A stretch of DNA of 42,936 nt from Eubacteriales bacterium (GTDB taxonomy: Bacteria; Bacillota; Clostridia; Oscillospirales; CAG-272), in NCBI GenBank assembly GCA_045121315.1, contig JBGVFW010000425.1, positions 1 to 42,936 on the forward strand, in the 5' to 3' direction. Position numbers and translations under genes: made by a program. Below the pieces are notes generated by a model. That model made no database searches and had not been told where the DNA came from. It saw only the letters and a list, made by a program, of their open reading frames with translations. Every line of letters begins with the position of its first letter. Positions within the stretch are counted from its first letter, which is position 1. Positions 27,016 through 35,192 of the stretch are shown here, in pieces.

Positions 27016-28095
27016 ATGGACTTTTTGCCCAAAGAACCTTACAAAAAAATTTTTTGTATAGTCTTTTATATAATACTTACGTTTGCGGGGATATATTTCC
27101 TCTTCAAATACGCTTTTCCAGTTCTTCTTCCATTTGCGATATCTTTTTTTATAGCATGCGCCGTTCGCCGCCCAGCCGCATATCTTTCAAGCAAAACGGG
27201 ATTTTCAAAAAAATTCGTCGCCGTTTTTTTGGGCCTTGCTCTGCTTTTGGCTTGTGCGTGTGCCGTTTCCGTCTGCGTTTCAAAGCTTATCGGAGAGCTC
27301 TCCTCTTTTGCGCGCGGTATCCTGGAAAACAAAGAGGATATCATGGCGACCGCGATGGGTTTTTCGCAAAAGCTCGATGACTTTCTTGCAAAAATATTTC
27401 CCGGTGCGCTTGACGGAACCGTGGAGTTCCGCGAAAAGCTCGCGGAGCTTATCACCGATGCCGTCAAGAATATTGTTTCCGGCATAACCACGAAAATACC
27501 CGCTTTTGTGGGATATGTTTTTTCCGCTATTCCCAAAATTCTGTTTTTCTCTGCTGCAACGCTGCTTTCGTGCATATATTTCTGCCTTGATTTTGACGAA
27601 ATGAGTGCTTTTATCAAAAAGCATCTTTCACGTGCGCCGTTCGCCGCGCTGACGAAGTTCAAACGGGCATCTCTTTCTACCGTCGGCAGATACGTTCGAG
27701 CAAACCTTATCATTTTCCTCATAACTGCAACGGAGCTAACGATAGGTTTTCTTATAATCGACGTAAAATATGCGCTCTTGCTCGGCGTGGTGACAGCTTT
27801 TATAGACATTCTGCCCGTGTTCGGCAGTGGAACCGTGCTCGTGCCATACGCGGTATACGGCTTTTTGAGCGGGGATTTCCGTCTTGGCATCGGCGTGGCT
27901 ATTCTTTACGGAGTGGTAACGCTCGTACGTCAGTTCTGCGAGCCGAAGATCATGGGCAAAAACCTCGGCGTACACCCGCTTATATCGCTCGCCGCGGTCT
28001 ACGCGGGATATAGCTTTTTCGGCGTGATCGGCGTGATATTTTTGCCCATAACCGTGGTAATAGCGAAAAATATTGTTTTTACGGAAAACACGTAA
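27016..28095 (+). CDS. ytvI: Sporulation integral membrane protein YtvI (AI-2E family)
   Basis: Multi-TM protein with LLPFAIS, DILPVFGSGTVLVP and RQFCEPKIMGKNLGVHPL. Confidence 0.88.
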   Translation: MDFLPKEPYKKIFCIVFYIILTFAGIYFLFKYAFPVLLPFAISFFIACAVRRPAAYLSSKTGFSKKFVAVFLGLALLLACACAVSVCVSKLIGELSSFARGILENKEDIMATAMGFSQKLDDFLAKIFPGALDGTVEFREKLAELITDAVKNIVSGITTKIPAFVGYVFSAIPKILFFSAATLLSCIYFCLDFDEMSAFIKKHLSRAPFAALTKFKRASLSTVGRYVRANLIIFLITATELTIGFLIIDVKYALLLGVVTAFIDILPVFGSGTVLVPYAVYGFLSGDFRLGIGVAILYGVVTLVRQFCEPKIMGKNLGVHPLISLAAVYAGYSFFGVIGVIFLPITVVIAKNIVFTENT

Positions 28096-28141
28096 GCCTT
28101 CCCCTTTTGGGAAGGTGTCAAACGCAGTTTGACAGAAGAGG
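28094..28141 (+). repeat. REP-like intergenic palindrome, copy 1
   Basis: AAGCCTTCCCCTTTTGGGAAGG, second hairpin, GAAGAGG; same layout as 31206-31257. Confidence 0.55.
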
Positions 28142-28479
28142 TTTTTTGTTAATAACTCTTGAACTATTATATGCAACTTTTTCTCGCACCAGCGGGTAAA
28201 GCGAAGTTCGCCCTTCGAGCCACGCCTTCAAATTCGCAGAATTTGAATTTCGCTACATTAAAAAATTTTGCGGAATAAAAAAGGCAATAGATTTGTTAGC
28301 ACTTTGCAAAGTGAGAATTTGGCTAAACATTATAAATTTGAACTCGCTATAAAAGGGTATAAAACTGTTAGCACTAAGGGCTTTTTGCTTCTTTTCCGAC
28401 GCTTTTCTTTCAAAAAGAAAAGCGGTAAAAATCCCCAAAAACGCTTTCAAGCGTTTTTGAAACATTCAAAGGAGCTTTT

Positions 28480-29079
28480 ATGAAAAAACCGTCCTTTTAC
28501 ATAGAACCCCTCGCGCCGGCGGGGCTTTTCCTGCTCTTTTTCGTCTGCGAAAAAACGGCGCGCATATCAATTCTTTCTTCCGTACTTGTGCATGAGGCGG
28601 CGCACCTCATCTCCGCAATTTTTTGCGGGGAGCGCGTGCAGAGCGTGCGCGTCACGCCCTGCGGCATAACGCTCGGCTTTTCCGCGCCGAAAACTTACGG
28701 TGAAGAAGCATTCGTCGCGATCTGCGGGCCAATGGCAAGCTTTGCATATGCCGTCATAGGCTTTTTTCGGGGCGGTTCTTTCGGCACGGAGGTGCTTCTT
28801 TTCTCCGCGTTTTTGGGAATAATGAACCTTTTGCCGCTTCCCTCGTTCGACGGTTGGCGGGTACTGCGAGCCATTGTCGCGTCCATTTTCGGTATAACGG
28901 CGGCAGAGCGTGCGCTTCACGCTGCTTCAATGGTGTTTTTGCTTTTCGCATGGGTGCTTTCGGTATACGTTCTGTTTTACAGCGGAGCAAATTTTGCGCT
29001 TCTTTTCTTCTGCGCGTATATTTTTGCCTTTACCGTGATAAAAAAGGATTGTATTCACGAGCAGAAAATGATACAATAG
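28480..29079 (+). CDS. M50 family intramembrane metalloprotease (SpoIVFB-like)
   Basis: HEAAH, AICGP and NLLPLPSFDGWR motifs; multi-TM. Confidence 0.85.
   Translation: MKKPSFYIEPLAPAGLFLLFFVCEKTARISILSSVLVHEAAHLISAIFCGERVQSVRVTPCGITLGFSAPKTYGEEAFVAICGPMASFAYAVIGFFRGGSFGTEVLLFSAFLGIMNLLPLPSFDGWRVLRAIVASIFGITAAERALHAASMVFLLFAWVLSVYVLFYSGANFALLFFCAYIFAFTVIKKDCIHEQKMIQ
29049..29077 (+). promoter_or_regulatory. Probable sigma-A promoter for the cyclophilin operon, inside the end of the M50 gene
   Basis: TTGTAT, 17 bp, TACAAT, with TG extension. Confidence 0.5.
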
Positions 29080-29117
29080 ATATGTTAAATATTTTTTCAA
29101 AAGGAAGGTAAAACAAA

Positions 29118-29594
29118 ATGAAAGCTATTATTGAAATGGAAAACGGCGGCAAAATGACGCTTGAACTCTACCCCGAAAAAGCCCCCATCACGGTCAAAAA
29201 CTTCACGGACCTTGCTAAGAAAGGTTTTTATAACGGACTTATTTTTCACCGCGTTATCGCAGGATTTATGATTCAGGGTGGCGATCCCACAGGTACAGGC
29301 ATGGGCGGTCCCGGTCATGCGATCAAAGGTGAATTTGCAGCAAACGGCGTTGCAAACGACCTCAAACACACGCGCGGCGTTATCTCTATGGCTCGCGCAT
29401 ACGACCCCAACTCCGCAGGCTCCCAGTTCTTCATCATGCACGCCGACGCTCCCCACCTCGACGGTCAATATGCCGCGTTTGGCAAGATGACGGATGGTTT
29501 TGAAACTCTTGACGAGATCGCAGGCGTTAAAACGAATTTCAGCGACAAACCCCTCCTCGAGCAGAGAATGAAATCCGTCATAATAGAAGACTGA
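29118..29594 (+). CDS. ppiB: Cyclophilin-type peptidyl-prolyl cis-trans isomerase
   Basis: FYNGLIFHRVIAGFMIQGGDP, SAGSQFFI and HLDGQYAAFG. Confidence 0.95.
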   Translation: MKAIIEMENGGKMTLELYPEKAPITVKNFTDLAKKGFYNGLIFHRVIAGFMIQGGDPTGTGMGGPGHAIKGEFAANGVANDLKHTRGVISMARAYDPNSAGSQFFIMHADAPHLDGQYAAFGKMTDGFETLDEIAGVKTNFSDKPLLEQRMKSVIIED

Positions 29595-29638
29595 AAATCG
29601 AATTTCGCAAAATAAAAAATTTTAAGGACATAATAAGC

Positions 29639-29842
29639 ATGAGCGAACTTACAGACAGAATAAATTTTCTCGCTCGTAAGGCAAAAACAGAAGGCCTTAC
29701 GGACGAGGAAAAGATTGAGCAGGCGCGCCTGCGCGACGAATTCCGCGCCGCGTTCCGCCGCAATTTTGGGCTTCAGCTCGAAAATACGACATTCGTAGAT
29801 GAAAAAGGCAACGTTCTCAACCCCAAAAACAAAGGTGAGTAA
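29639..29842 (+). CDS. DUF896 / UPF0291 family protein
   Basis: RINFLARKAKTEGLTDEEKIEQARLRDEF pattern. Confidence 0.88.
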   Translation: MSELTDRINFLARKAKTEGLTDEEKIEQARLRDEFRAAFRRNFGLQLENTTFVDEKGNVLNPKNKGE

Positions 29843-29845
29843 AAA

Positions 29846-31081
29846 ATGTACGAAAAACTCATAGAAAAATACGCGCGTCTTATCGCGCGCGTAGGCGCCA
29901 ACATTGAAAAAGGCGAAGAAGTTGTTATTAACGCCTCCGTTGAAATACACGATTTCATCACAGTGCTCGCAAAGGAATGTTACCTTGCGGGCGCGGCGGG
30001 TGTTAGAGTGGAATGGTTTTATGACGAAATAACGAAACTCGACTGCGAATATCAAACAGCCAAGGATTTCAACCGCATCTATCCGTGGCAAACGGCAAAA
30101 ATGCGTTACAGAGCCACTAAAAAGCCTATACGCATTTATATCGACAGCGACTCTCCAAACTCGCTCGACGGTATAGACCGCAAAAAGTACGACGCCGCGG
30201 CAAAATGCAGATATAAAAAATTCAAAAAATACGTCGATATGGCGGAAGGAATGGAAAAATGGGTCGTAGCCGCGTTCCCCTCCCGCGCTTGGGCAAAGGT
30301 AGTTTTCCCGAACGATGACGAAAATACGGCGTACGAAAAGCTGCTCCGCGCCATACTCGAAAGCGCTAAGGTATATGAGGACAACGACCCGATAGAAGCA
30401 TGGAAAAAGCACGACGAGGAAGTTACCGCAAGGTGCGAACGTCTTAACAAATACAAATTTGACCGCCTCGAATATAAGAGCGCGAACGGCACGGATTTTC
30501 GCGTTTGGCTCATTCCCGAAACGCACTGGTGCGGTTGCGGAGAATACACAAAAACGGGCAAATATTTCAACGCAAATATCCCATCCGAGGAAATTTTCAT
30601 AAGCCCCATGGCAGGCAAAGCAGAGGGCAAAGTCGTTGCCACGATGCCGCTTTCATACCACGGACAGATTATCGATAATTTTTCTATCACATTCAAGGAC
30701 GGCAAAGCCATAGATTTCTCTGCGGAAGTCGGCTACAACTTACTGAAATCCATGCTTGAAACGGACGAGGGAGCAAGAATGCTTGGTGAGGTCGCGCTCG
30801 TGCCGCAAGGCAACGCGATTGCAAAACAGGGTATTCTCTTCTACAACACGCTTTTCGACGAAAATGCGAGCTGCCACGTAGCGCTCGGCGCGGGTTATAT
30901 CGACACAGTAGACGATTACGCCATGCGCACGCTTGAAGAGTGCCGCGCGCTCGGAATAAACGAAAGCCAAATTCACGTCGATTTCATGATCGGCACCGAC
31001 GACATGAGCATCACAGGTTTTAAAGACGGAAAAGCAGTAAAAATTTTCGAAAATGGCACGTTTACGGAAGAATTCATATAA
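29846..31081 (+). CDS. M29 family aminopeptidase (AmpS/PepS-like)
   Basis: ANIPSEEIF, LGEVALV, LFDENASCHVALG and SQIHVDFMIG. Confidence 0.93.
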   Translation: MYEKLIEKYARLIARVGANIEKGEEVVINASVEIHDFITVLAKECYLAGAAGVRVEWFYDEITKLDCEYQTAKDFNRIYPWQTAKMRYRATKKPIRIYIDSDSPNSLDGIDRKKYDAAAKCRYKKFKKYVDMAEGMEKWVVAAFPSRAWAKVVFPNDDENTAYEKLLRAILESAKVYEDNDPIEAWKKHDEEVTARCERLNKYKFDRLEYKSANGTDFRVWLIPETHWCGCGEYTKTGKYFNANIPSEEIFISPMAGKAEGKVVATMPLSYHGQIIDNFSITFKDGKAIDFSAEVGYNLLKSMLETDEGARMLGEVALVPQGNAIAKQGILFYNTLFDENASCHVALGAGYIDTVDDYAMRTLEECRALGINESQIHVDFMIGTDDMSITGFKDGKAVKIFENGTFTEEFI

Positions 31082-31205
31082 AAATCGCACTCTAACCCTC
31101 TCGCCTCAAAATGCGAACATATATATTGCCTTTTTTAATTCGCTCAGACTTTGAGCAAAGCGAAATTCAAGCCAATGGTTTGAGAAGGCTTAACCCACGG
31201 CTTAA

Positions 31206-31257
31206 AAGCCTTCCCCTTCGAGGAAGATAGATTTTGCGGTGCAAAAGACGGAAGAGG
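31206..31257 (+). repeat. REP-like intergenic palindrome, copy 2 (decayed)
   Basis: AAGCCTTCCCCTTCGAGGAAG, TTTTGC/GCAAAA hairpin, GAAGAGG. Confidence 0.5.
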
Positions 31258-31283
31258 TGCGAAGCAATTTCCTATTACAAAAC

Positions 31284-31326
31284 AAAGTTGACTTCATCAA
31301 ATAAAAACGCCCTTTGGGGCGTTTTT
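31284..31326 (+). repeat. Imperfect direct repeat left of the radical SAM pair (includes a terminator-like hairpin)
   Basis: AAAGTTGACTTCATCAAATAAAAACGCCC-tttg-GGGCGTTTTT; resembles 33572-33618. Confidence 0.6.
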
Positions 31327-31345
31327 TGCCGTATTTCCCCCTCTC

Positions 31346-31374
31346 TTGCAAAAAGAGAGATTTTATGGTAGAAT
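31346..31374 (+). promoter_or_regulatory. Sigma-A promoter for the radical SAM pair
   Basis: TTGCAA, 17 bp, TAGAAT, with TG extension. Confidence 0.65.
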
Positions 31375-31404
31375 ATATTCACAAAATTCTGCGAGGTGAG
31401 TATT

Positions 31405-32307
31405 TTGAAAATATTGTCATTTCTTCGTTTTGCCGCTTTCGGGGTAAAAACCATTCTTTTCCGCAAAAAACAGCCTATACTCGGCACGGTAATCGTCACG
31501 GACAAGTGTAACTTGAAATGCAAGCATTGCTCCGTAAACAATATCACTGCTGTCATTCACCCATATGAGCAAGTGAAAAATGAGATGAAAACGCTTTACG
31601 GTATGGGCGTGCGCATCCTCTTTTTCTGCGGCGGCGAAACGTTCCTCTGGCGCGACTCGGGAAAAACCTTGCGCGACCTCGTTATCGAAGCGAAAGAAAT
31701 GGGTTTTCTCATCGTAAACGTGGTCACAAACGGAACTTTTCCAATCGACTTGCCGGAGGCTGACCTTATCCTGCTCAGCCTCGATGGCGACAGGGAGCGC
31801 CACAACACTATCCGAGGAGAAACTTACGACACCATAATGGAAAATATAAAAGACGCCACGTCCGGCAACATTTGTTTCTACATGGCGATAAATCAGATAA
31901 ACAAGGACACAGTGGAGCATGTCTGCCGCGCTGCGCGGGACACCAAAAATGTGAAAGCAGTATCTTTCAATTTTCACACGCCTTATCCCGATACAAAAGA
32001 TCTGGCTCTTTCGCGCGAGGAAAAGAAAAAATGCTGCGACACCATCCGCCGCATGATGGACGAGGGCGCGCCCGTGTTTAACCTCAAAAGCGCGTTCCCG
32101 TATCTTGTGAACAACAAATTTCCCACACCGTGCCACCAATGCGTCGTTATCGAAAACGGTAAGGTGAGCACCTGCGGCAGATGTATAGACGTACCGGGGC
32201 TTTGCGAGCAATGCGGCTATTTCTTCGTTGCGGAATACACGCTTTTATTCCGAGGCAATGTGAAGATAATTTTTGAAATGTTAAAGACCTATTTAAAATA
32301 TATTTAA
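31405..32307 (+). CDS. Radical SAM protein with a C-terminal Cys-rich (twitch/SPASM-like) region
   Basis: CNLKCKHC, FCGGET, VTNG and SLDG; C-terminal CHQC..CGRC..CEQC. TTG 31405 follows GAGGTG (GTG 31396 is an alternative start). Confidence 0.88.
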   Translation: MKILSFLRFAAFGVKTILFRKKQPILGTVIVTDKCNLKCKHCSVNNITAVIHPYEQVKNEMKTLYGMGVRILFFCGGETFLWRDSGKTLRDLVIEAKEMGFLIVNVVTNGTFPIDLPEADLILLSLDGDRERHNTIRGETYDTIMENIKDATSGNICFYMAINQINKDTVEHVCRAARDTKNVKAVSFNFHTPYPDTKDLALSREEKKKCCDTIRRMMDEGAPVFNLKSAFPYLVNNKFPTPCHQCVVIENGKVSTCGRCIDVPGLCEQCGYFFVAEYTLLFRGNVKIIFEMLKTYLKYI

Positions 32308-32316
32308 GGTGTGTAT

Positions 32317-33573
32317 ATGAGCGTTATTACAAATTTAACGAGAATGTGGCTTACGCGTTCCACAAAGCCGTTCACTTTCGTGAGCGAATACGATGAGCAC
32401 TTATCCTACAGTGAATGTGAAGACCTTGGTCTTTACGTCCACATTCCGTTTTGCAAAAGCATATGCAATTTTTGCCCTTACTGCAAGATCGTGTATTCCG
32501 AAGAGGAGTGCCGTCGCTATATCGACGCGCTCACGAGAGAGATACGCCTTGTAGGCTCGTCTTTCAACGGCAAGAAGAAAGCAACGAGCCTCTATTTCGG
32601 TGGAGGCACGCCCGCGCTCGCCGCAGGCAGAATGGAGGAGATCATCTCCGTTCTCGGCGAGTATTTCGAGATAACGGAAGGGATTGGAGTGGAGCTTCAC
32701 CCCGATAACGTGACCGTTCCCGTACTTACAGAGCTTAAAAACGCGGGCGTTACAAAGATAAGCATCGGCATACAGTCGTTCAGCGAAAAATTTCAAGATA
32801 TATTGGGGCGCAAAGCCGTAGATATATCCGCCATGGAAAAAGCGCTTGCAGAGATAAAATTTGAAACCGTTTCGATGGATTTTATCTTCGCCCTGCCGAC
32901 GCAGACGTTCGAAGATTTAAGAGCGGACATAGACCAAGCATTCGAGATAGGCGCAAACCACATTGCCATCTACCCCTTTATTGATTTCACTTTCACGAAA
33001 AGTACCGTTCCCGCCATGGGCAAAAAGCAAAAACGCGCGATTCTCGATAAGATCACAAAATATTGCTTCGAAAAAGGATACGCGAGAAATTCCATTTGGA
33101 CTTTTTCAAGCGAACAAAATGCCGGATACTCCTCTATGACAAGGGATAATTTCCTCGGTTTCGGCTGTTCCGCCACAACTCTCCTTAAAGACAGTTTCAA
33201 AATAAACACGTTTTCCGTTGACGAATATATCAAGCGTATAAATAGCGGAAAGCTCCCCACATCGCTTACAATACGTTTTTCTCTGCGCCAAAGAATGGTT
33301 TATTATCTTTTCTGGACGGCGTACAGCACAAAGGTAAACGCCGCAGATTTTGAAAAATTCTTCGGCGTGCCACTAAAAAAATCGTATGGCTTCGAGCTGT
33401 TCCTCGCAAAGCTGCTCGGATTTGTAACGGAGAAAAACGGCGTTTACTCCATGACGCTCAAGGGCGCGTTTTATTATCATTATTACGAAAATTTCTATAC
33501 TCTCTCTTACATAGACAAAATGTGGGGTGTCATGCGTAAAGAAGCGTTCCCGAAAGAGTTAAAGCTGGAATAA
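32317..33573 (+). CDS. HemN/HemW-like radical SAM protein (coproporphyrinogen III oxidase family)
   Basis: LYVHIPFCKSICNFC, YFGGGTP, ISIGIQSF and LGFGCSA. Confidence 0.88.
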   Translation: MSVITNLTRMWLTRSTKPFTFVSEYDEHLSYSECEDLGLYVHIPFCKSICNFCPYCKIVYSEEECRRYIDALTREIRLVGSSFNGKKKATSLYFGGGTPALAAGRMEEIISVLGEYFEITEGIGVELHPDNVTVPVLTELKNAGVTKISIGIQSFSEKFQDILGRKAVDISAMEKALAEIKFETVSMDFIFALPTQTFEDLRADIDQAFEIGANHIAIYPFIDFTFTKSTVPAMGKKQKRAILDKITKYCFEKGYARNSIWTFSSEQNAGYSSMTRDNFLGFGCSATTLLKDSFKINTFSVDEYIKRINSGKLPTSLTIRFSLRQRMVYYLFWTAYSTKVNAADFEKFFGVPLKKSYGFELFLAKLLGFVTEKNGVYSMTLKGAFYYHYYENFYTLSYIDKMWGVMRKEAFPKELKLE

Positions 33574-33618
33574 AGTTGACTTCGTCAACTACAAAAGTGC
33601 CCGAAAGCAGGCATTTTT
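33572..33618 (+). repeat. Imperfect direct repeat right of the radical SAM pair (includes a terminator-like hairpin)
   Basis: AAAGTTGACTTCGTCAACTACAAAAGTGCCCGAAAGCAGGCATTTTT. Confidence 0.6.
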
Positions 33619-33647
33619 ATCTAATGAAAACTTTGTTTGAACACGCA

Positions 33648-33712
33648 AAATTGCGCACTTCCTGCGCGCAATTTCTTATATTAGAAAAAAGTGTGCCACG
33701 TCACACTTTTTT
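33648..33712. repeat. Dispersed ~65-bp two-hairpin element, copy 2 (includes a bidirectional terminator)
   Basis: AAATTGCGCAC-ttcc-TGCGCGCAATTT...AAAAAAGTGTG-ccacgt-CACACTTTTTT. Confidence 0.75.
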
Positions 33713-34264
33713 CTATTCGTTCAGTGCAAGACCCGCGCGGCGCAGAGCAAGAAACGCCGCGGGAACAAAGGCTATCTGCAAAATTATCCCCGGAACGGCG
33801 TTTGCAACGGCTCCCGCCCAAAACGCGGCAAAACCGAATTCCGTGCCGCTTGCTCCCGCAATAACGAGGCTTATTGCGCCCCATACCGCTCTACCCGCCG
33901 CCATAGAGCAGATAAGCGAAACATATACAAACAGCGATTTTTTCGGGAAAACCTTATAAAGTATTCCCGCGCACAAGCCGTAAACGGCAAGTTCTGCGGA
34001 CATGGGGAGCGCGCGCAAAAGCGTTGGAGCATGAAACACCAAAAATCGCAAAAGCGGTGCGGCAGCTCCCACCAAAAAGCCGTAAGGTGCTCCGCAAACA
34101 AAGCCGCAGAGCAAAACGGGAATGTGCATGGGGCAAAGCATATTGCCTATTTCGGGGATCTGCCCCGTAAAAAATGGCAAAATGAGCGCAAGCGCCAAAA
34201 ACATTGCGGAATAGACGAGTTTTTTTATAAATAATATATTTTTCTTTGGCGTGGAGTTTATCAT
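33713..34264 (-). CDS. ECF transporter S component (substrate not determined)
   Basis: 183-aa hydrophobic protein with LVYSAMFLALALILPF, LCPMHIPVLLCGFVCG and PGIILQ. Confidence 0.85.
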   Translation of the reverse strand: MINSTPKKNILFIKKLVYSAMFLALALILPFFTGQIPEIGNMLCPMHIPVLLCGFVCGAPYGFLVGAAAPLLRFLVFHAPTLLRALPMSAELAVYGLCAGILYKVFPKKSLFVYVSLICSMAAGRAVWGAISLVIAGASGTEFGFAAFWAGAVANAVPGIILQIAFVPAAFLALRRAGLALNE

Positions 34265-34283
34265 TTATGTTCCTTTCAAAAAC

Positions 34284-34395
34284 AAAAAGGTATCGTTTTC
34301 CCTTGTGAGAAAGCGATACCTTTGAAGTATCCATATAAAAATTATGTTTTGGGGTTCTAAGACTTGTGTCTTTTTGCGCGGCTTCATGCCGTACG
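34284..34395 (-). promoter_or_regulatory. 5' leader with intrinsic terminator and competing hairpin (attenuator / riboswitch candidate)
   Basis: A terminator stem 34286-34323 with a U tract lies between the promoter and the RBS. An alternative pairing 34327-34331/34315-34319 overlaps its 5' arm, and two small hairpins lie upstream. Confidence 0.65.
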
Positions 34396-34400
34396 ATAAG

Positions 34401-34429
34401 ATTATACCGCAAACCCGCGACTATGTCAA
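34401..34429 (-). promoter_or_regulatory. Consensus sigma-A promoter for the ECF S component
   Basis: TTGACA, 17 bp, TATAAT on the minus strand. Confidence 0.88.
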
Positions 34430-34439
34430 GACTCCATTT

Positions 34440-35132
34440 TCATTTAACCTTGAGCGTGCGCAGATAAGTCTTGTGCTCCGCGCAAACGCGGTTGCTTTCA
34501 CACGCTTTTTGTATAGTTTTGTTATGCACCCACGGCGAAAGAACGTACTTTTCAAGGTAAGGAAGAGTCGCGTCATACTGCTTTGCAAGCGCCGTCGCAA
34601 AATACCAAGCGATCATCATGTTGACGTAATATTCTTCGCTCACAATCCCCGCAACCTTCGCAAGATATTCTTCCCTGAAATTTTCATCAAGATAATAGCG
34701 CATAAGCGCGCCTATGCCGTACCTCACGGTATACGTTTTTCCCGAAAGGAGCCATTCGTCTATCTTCGTGCAAAGTTCCTGCGGGTGTTTCGCAAGCACA
34801 CGCGGAGCCATGCAGTCGCAAGTCGCCCAGTTATCGACATACGGTAAAAAAGCGTCGAGCGCACGCACGACGGCGTCATAATCCTTTATTTTTTCCAAAA
34901 TGAACGCGTGAAGATTGTTTTCCTCGTAATATTCATGCGGAAGTACGCTCATAAATTACGCAGCAAGGGGAGTTTTTGCAATTTCCGCGGCGTATTTGCG
35001 CAAAGCGGGCGTGCGCACACCCAAAACGCGGGATTTATCCACCGTCGGCATGAGCGCGGATTGAAAATCGCGATAGACCTCCTCTCCCATGGAAAAAAGA
35101 CGTTCGCGTATTATTTTTTCAGCTTCTTTCAT
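34440..35132 (-). pseudogene. DNA alkylation repair protein (AlkD-like) with an in-frame premature stop
   Basis: ATG 35132 behind GAGGTG gives MKEAEKIIRERLFSMGEEVYRDFQSALMPTVDKSRVLGVRTPALRK..., then TAA at 34958-34956 (codon 59). The frame continues as FMSVLPHEYYEE...DNWATCD...EYYVNMMIAWYFATAL. Confidence 0.82.
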
Positions 35133-35154
35133 GTCATCACCTCGTAATACCGCA

Positions 35155-35183
35155 AAAAATCCGCCGAAATTCGGCGGATTTTT
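35155..35183 (-). terminator. Intrinsic terminator after the ABC operon
   Basis: AAAAATCCGCCGAA-a-TTCGGCGGATTTTT. Confidence 0.85.
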
Positions 35184-35192
35184 ACTTTTTAA

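Noticed and set aside
28296-28326. CIRCE element
   Set aside because: The left half TTAGCACT is present, but there is no GAGTGCTAA at the 9-bp spacing and no heat-shock gene follows.
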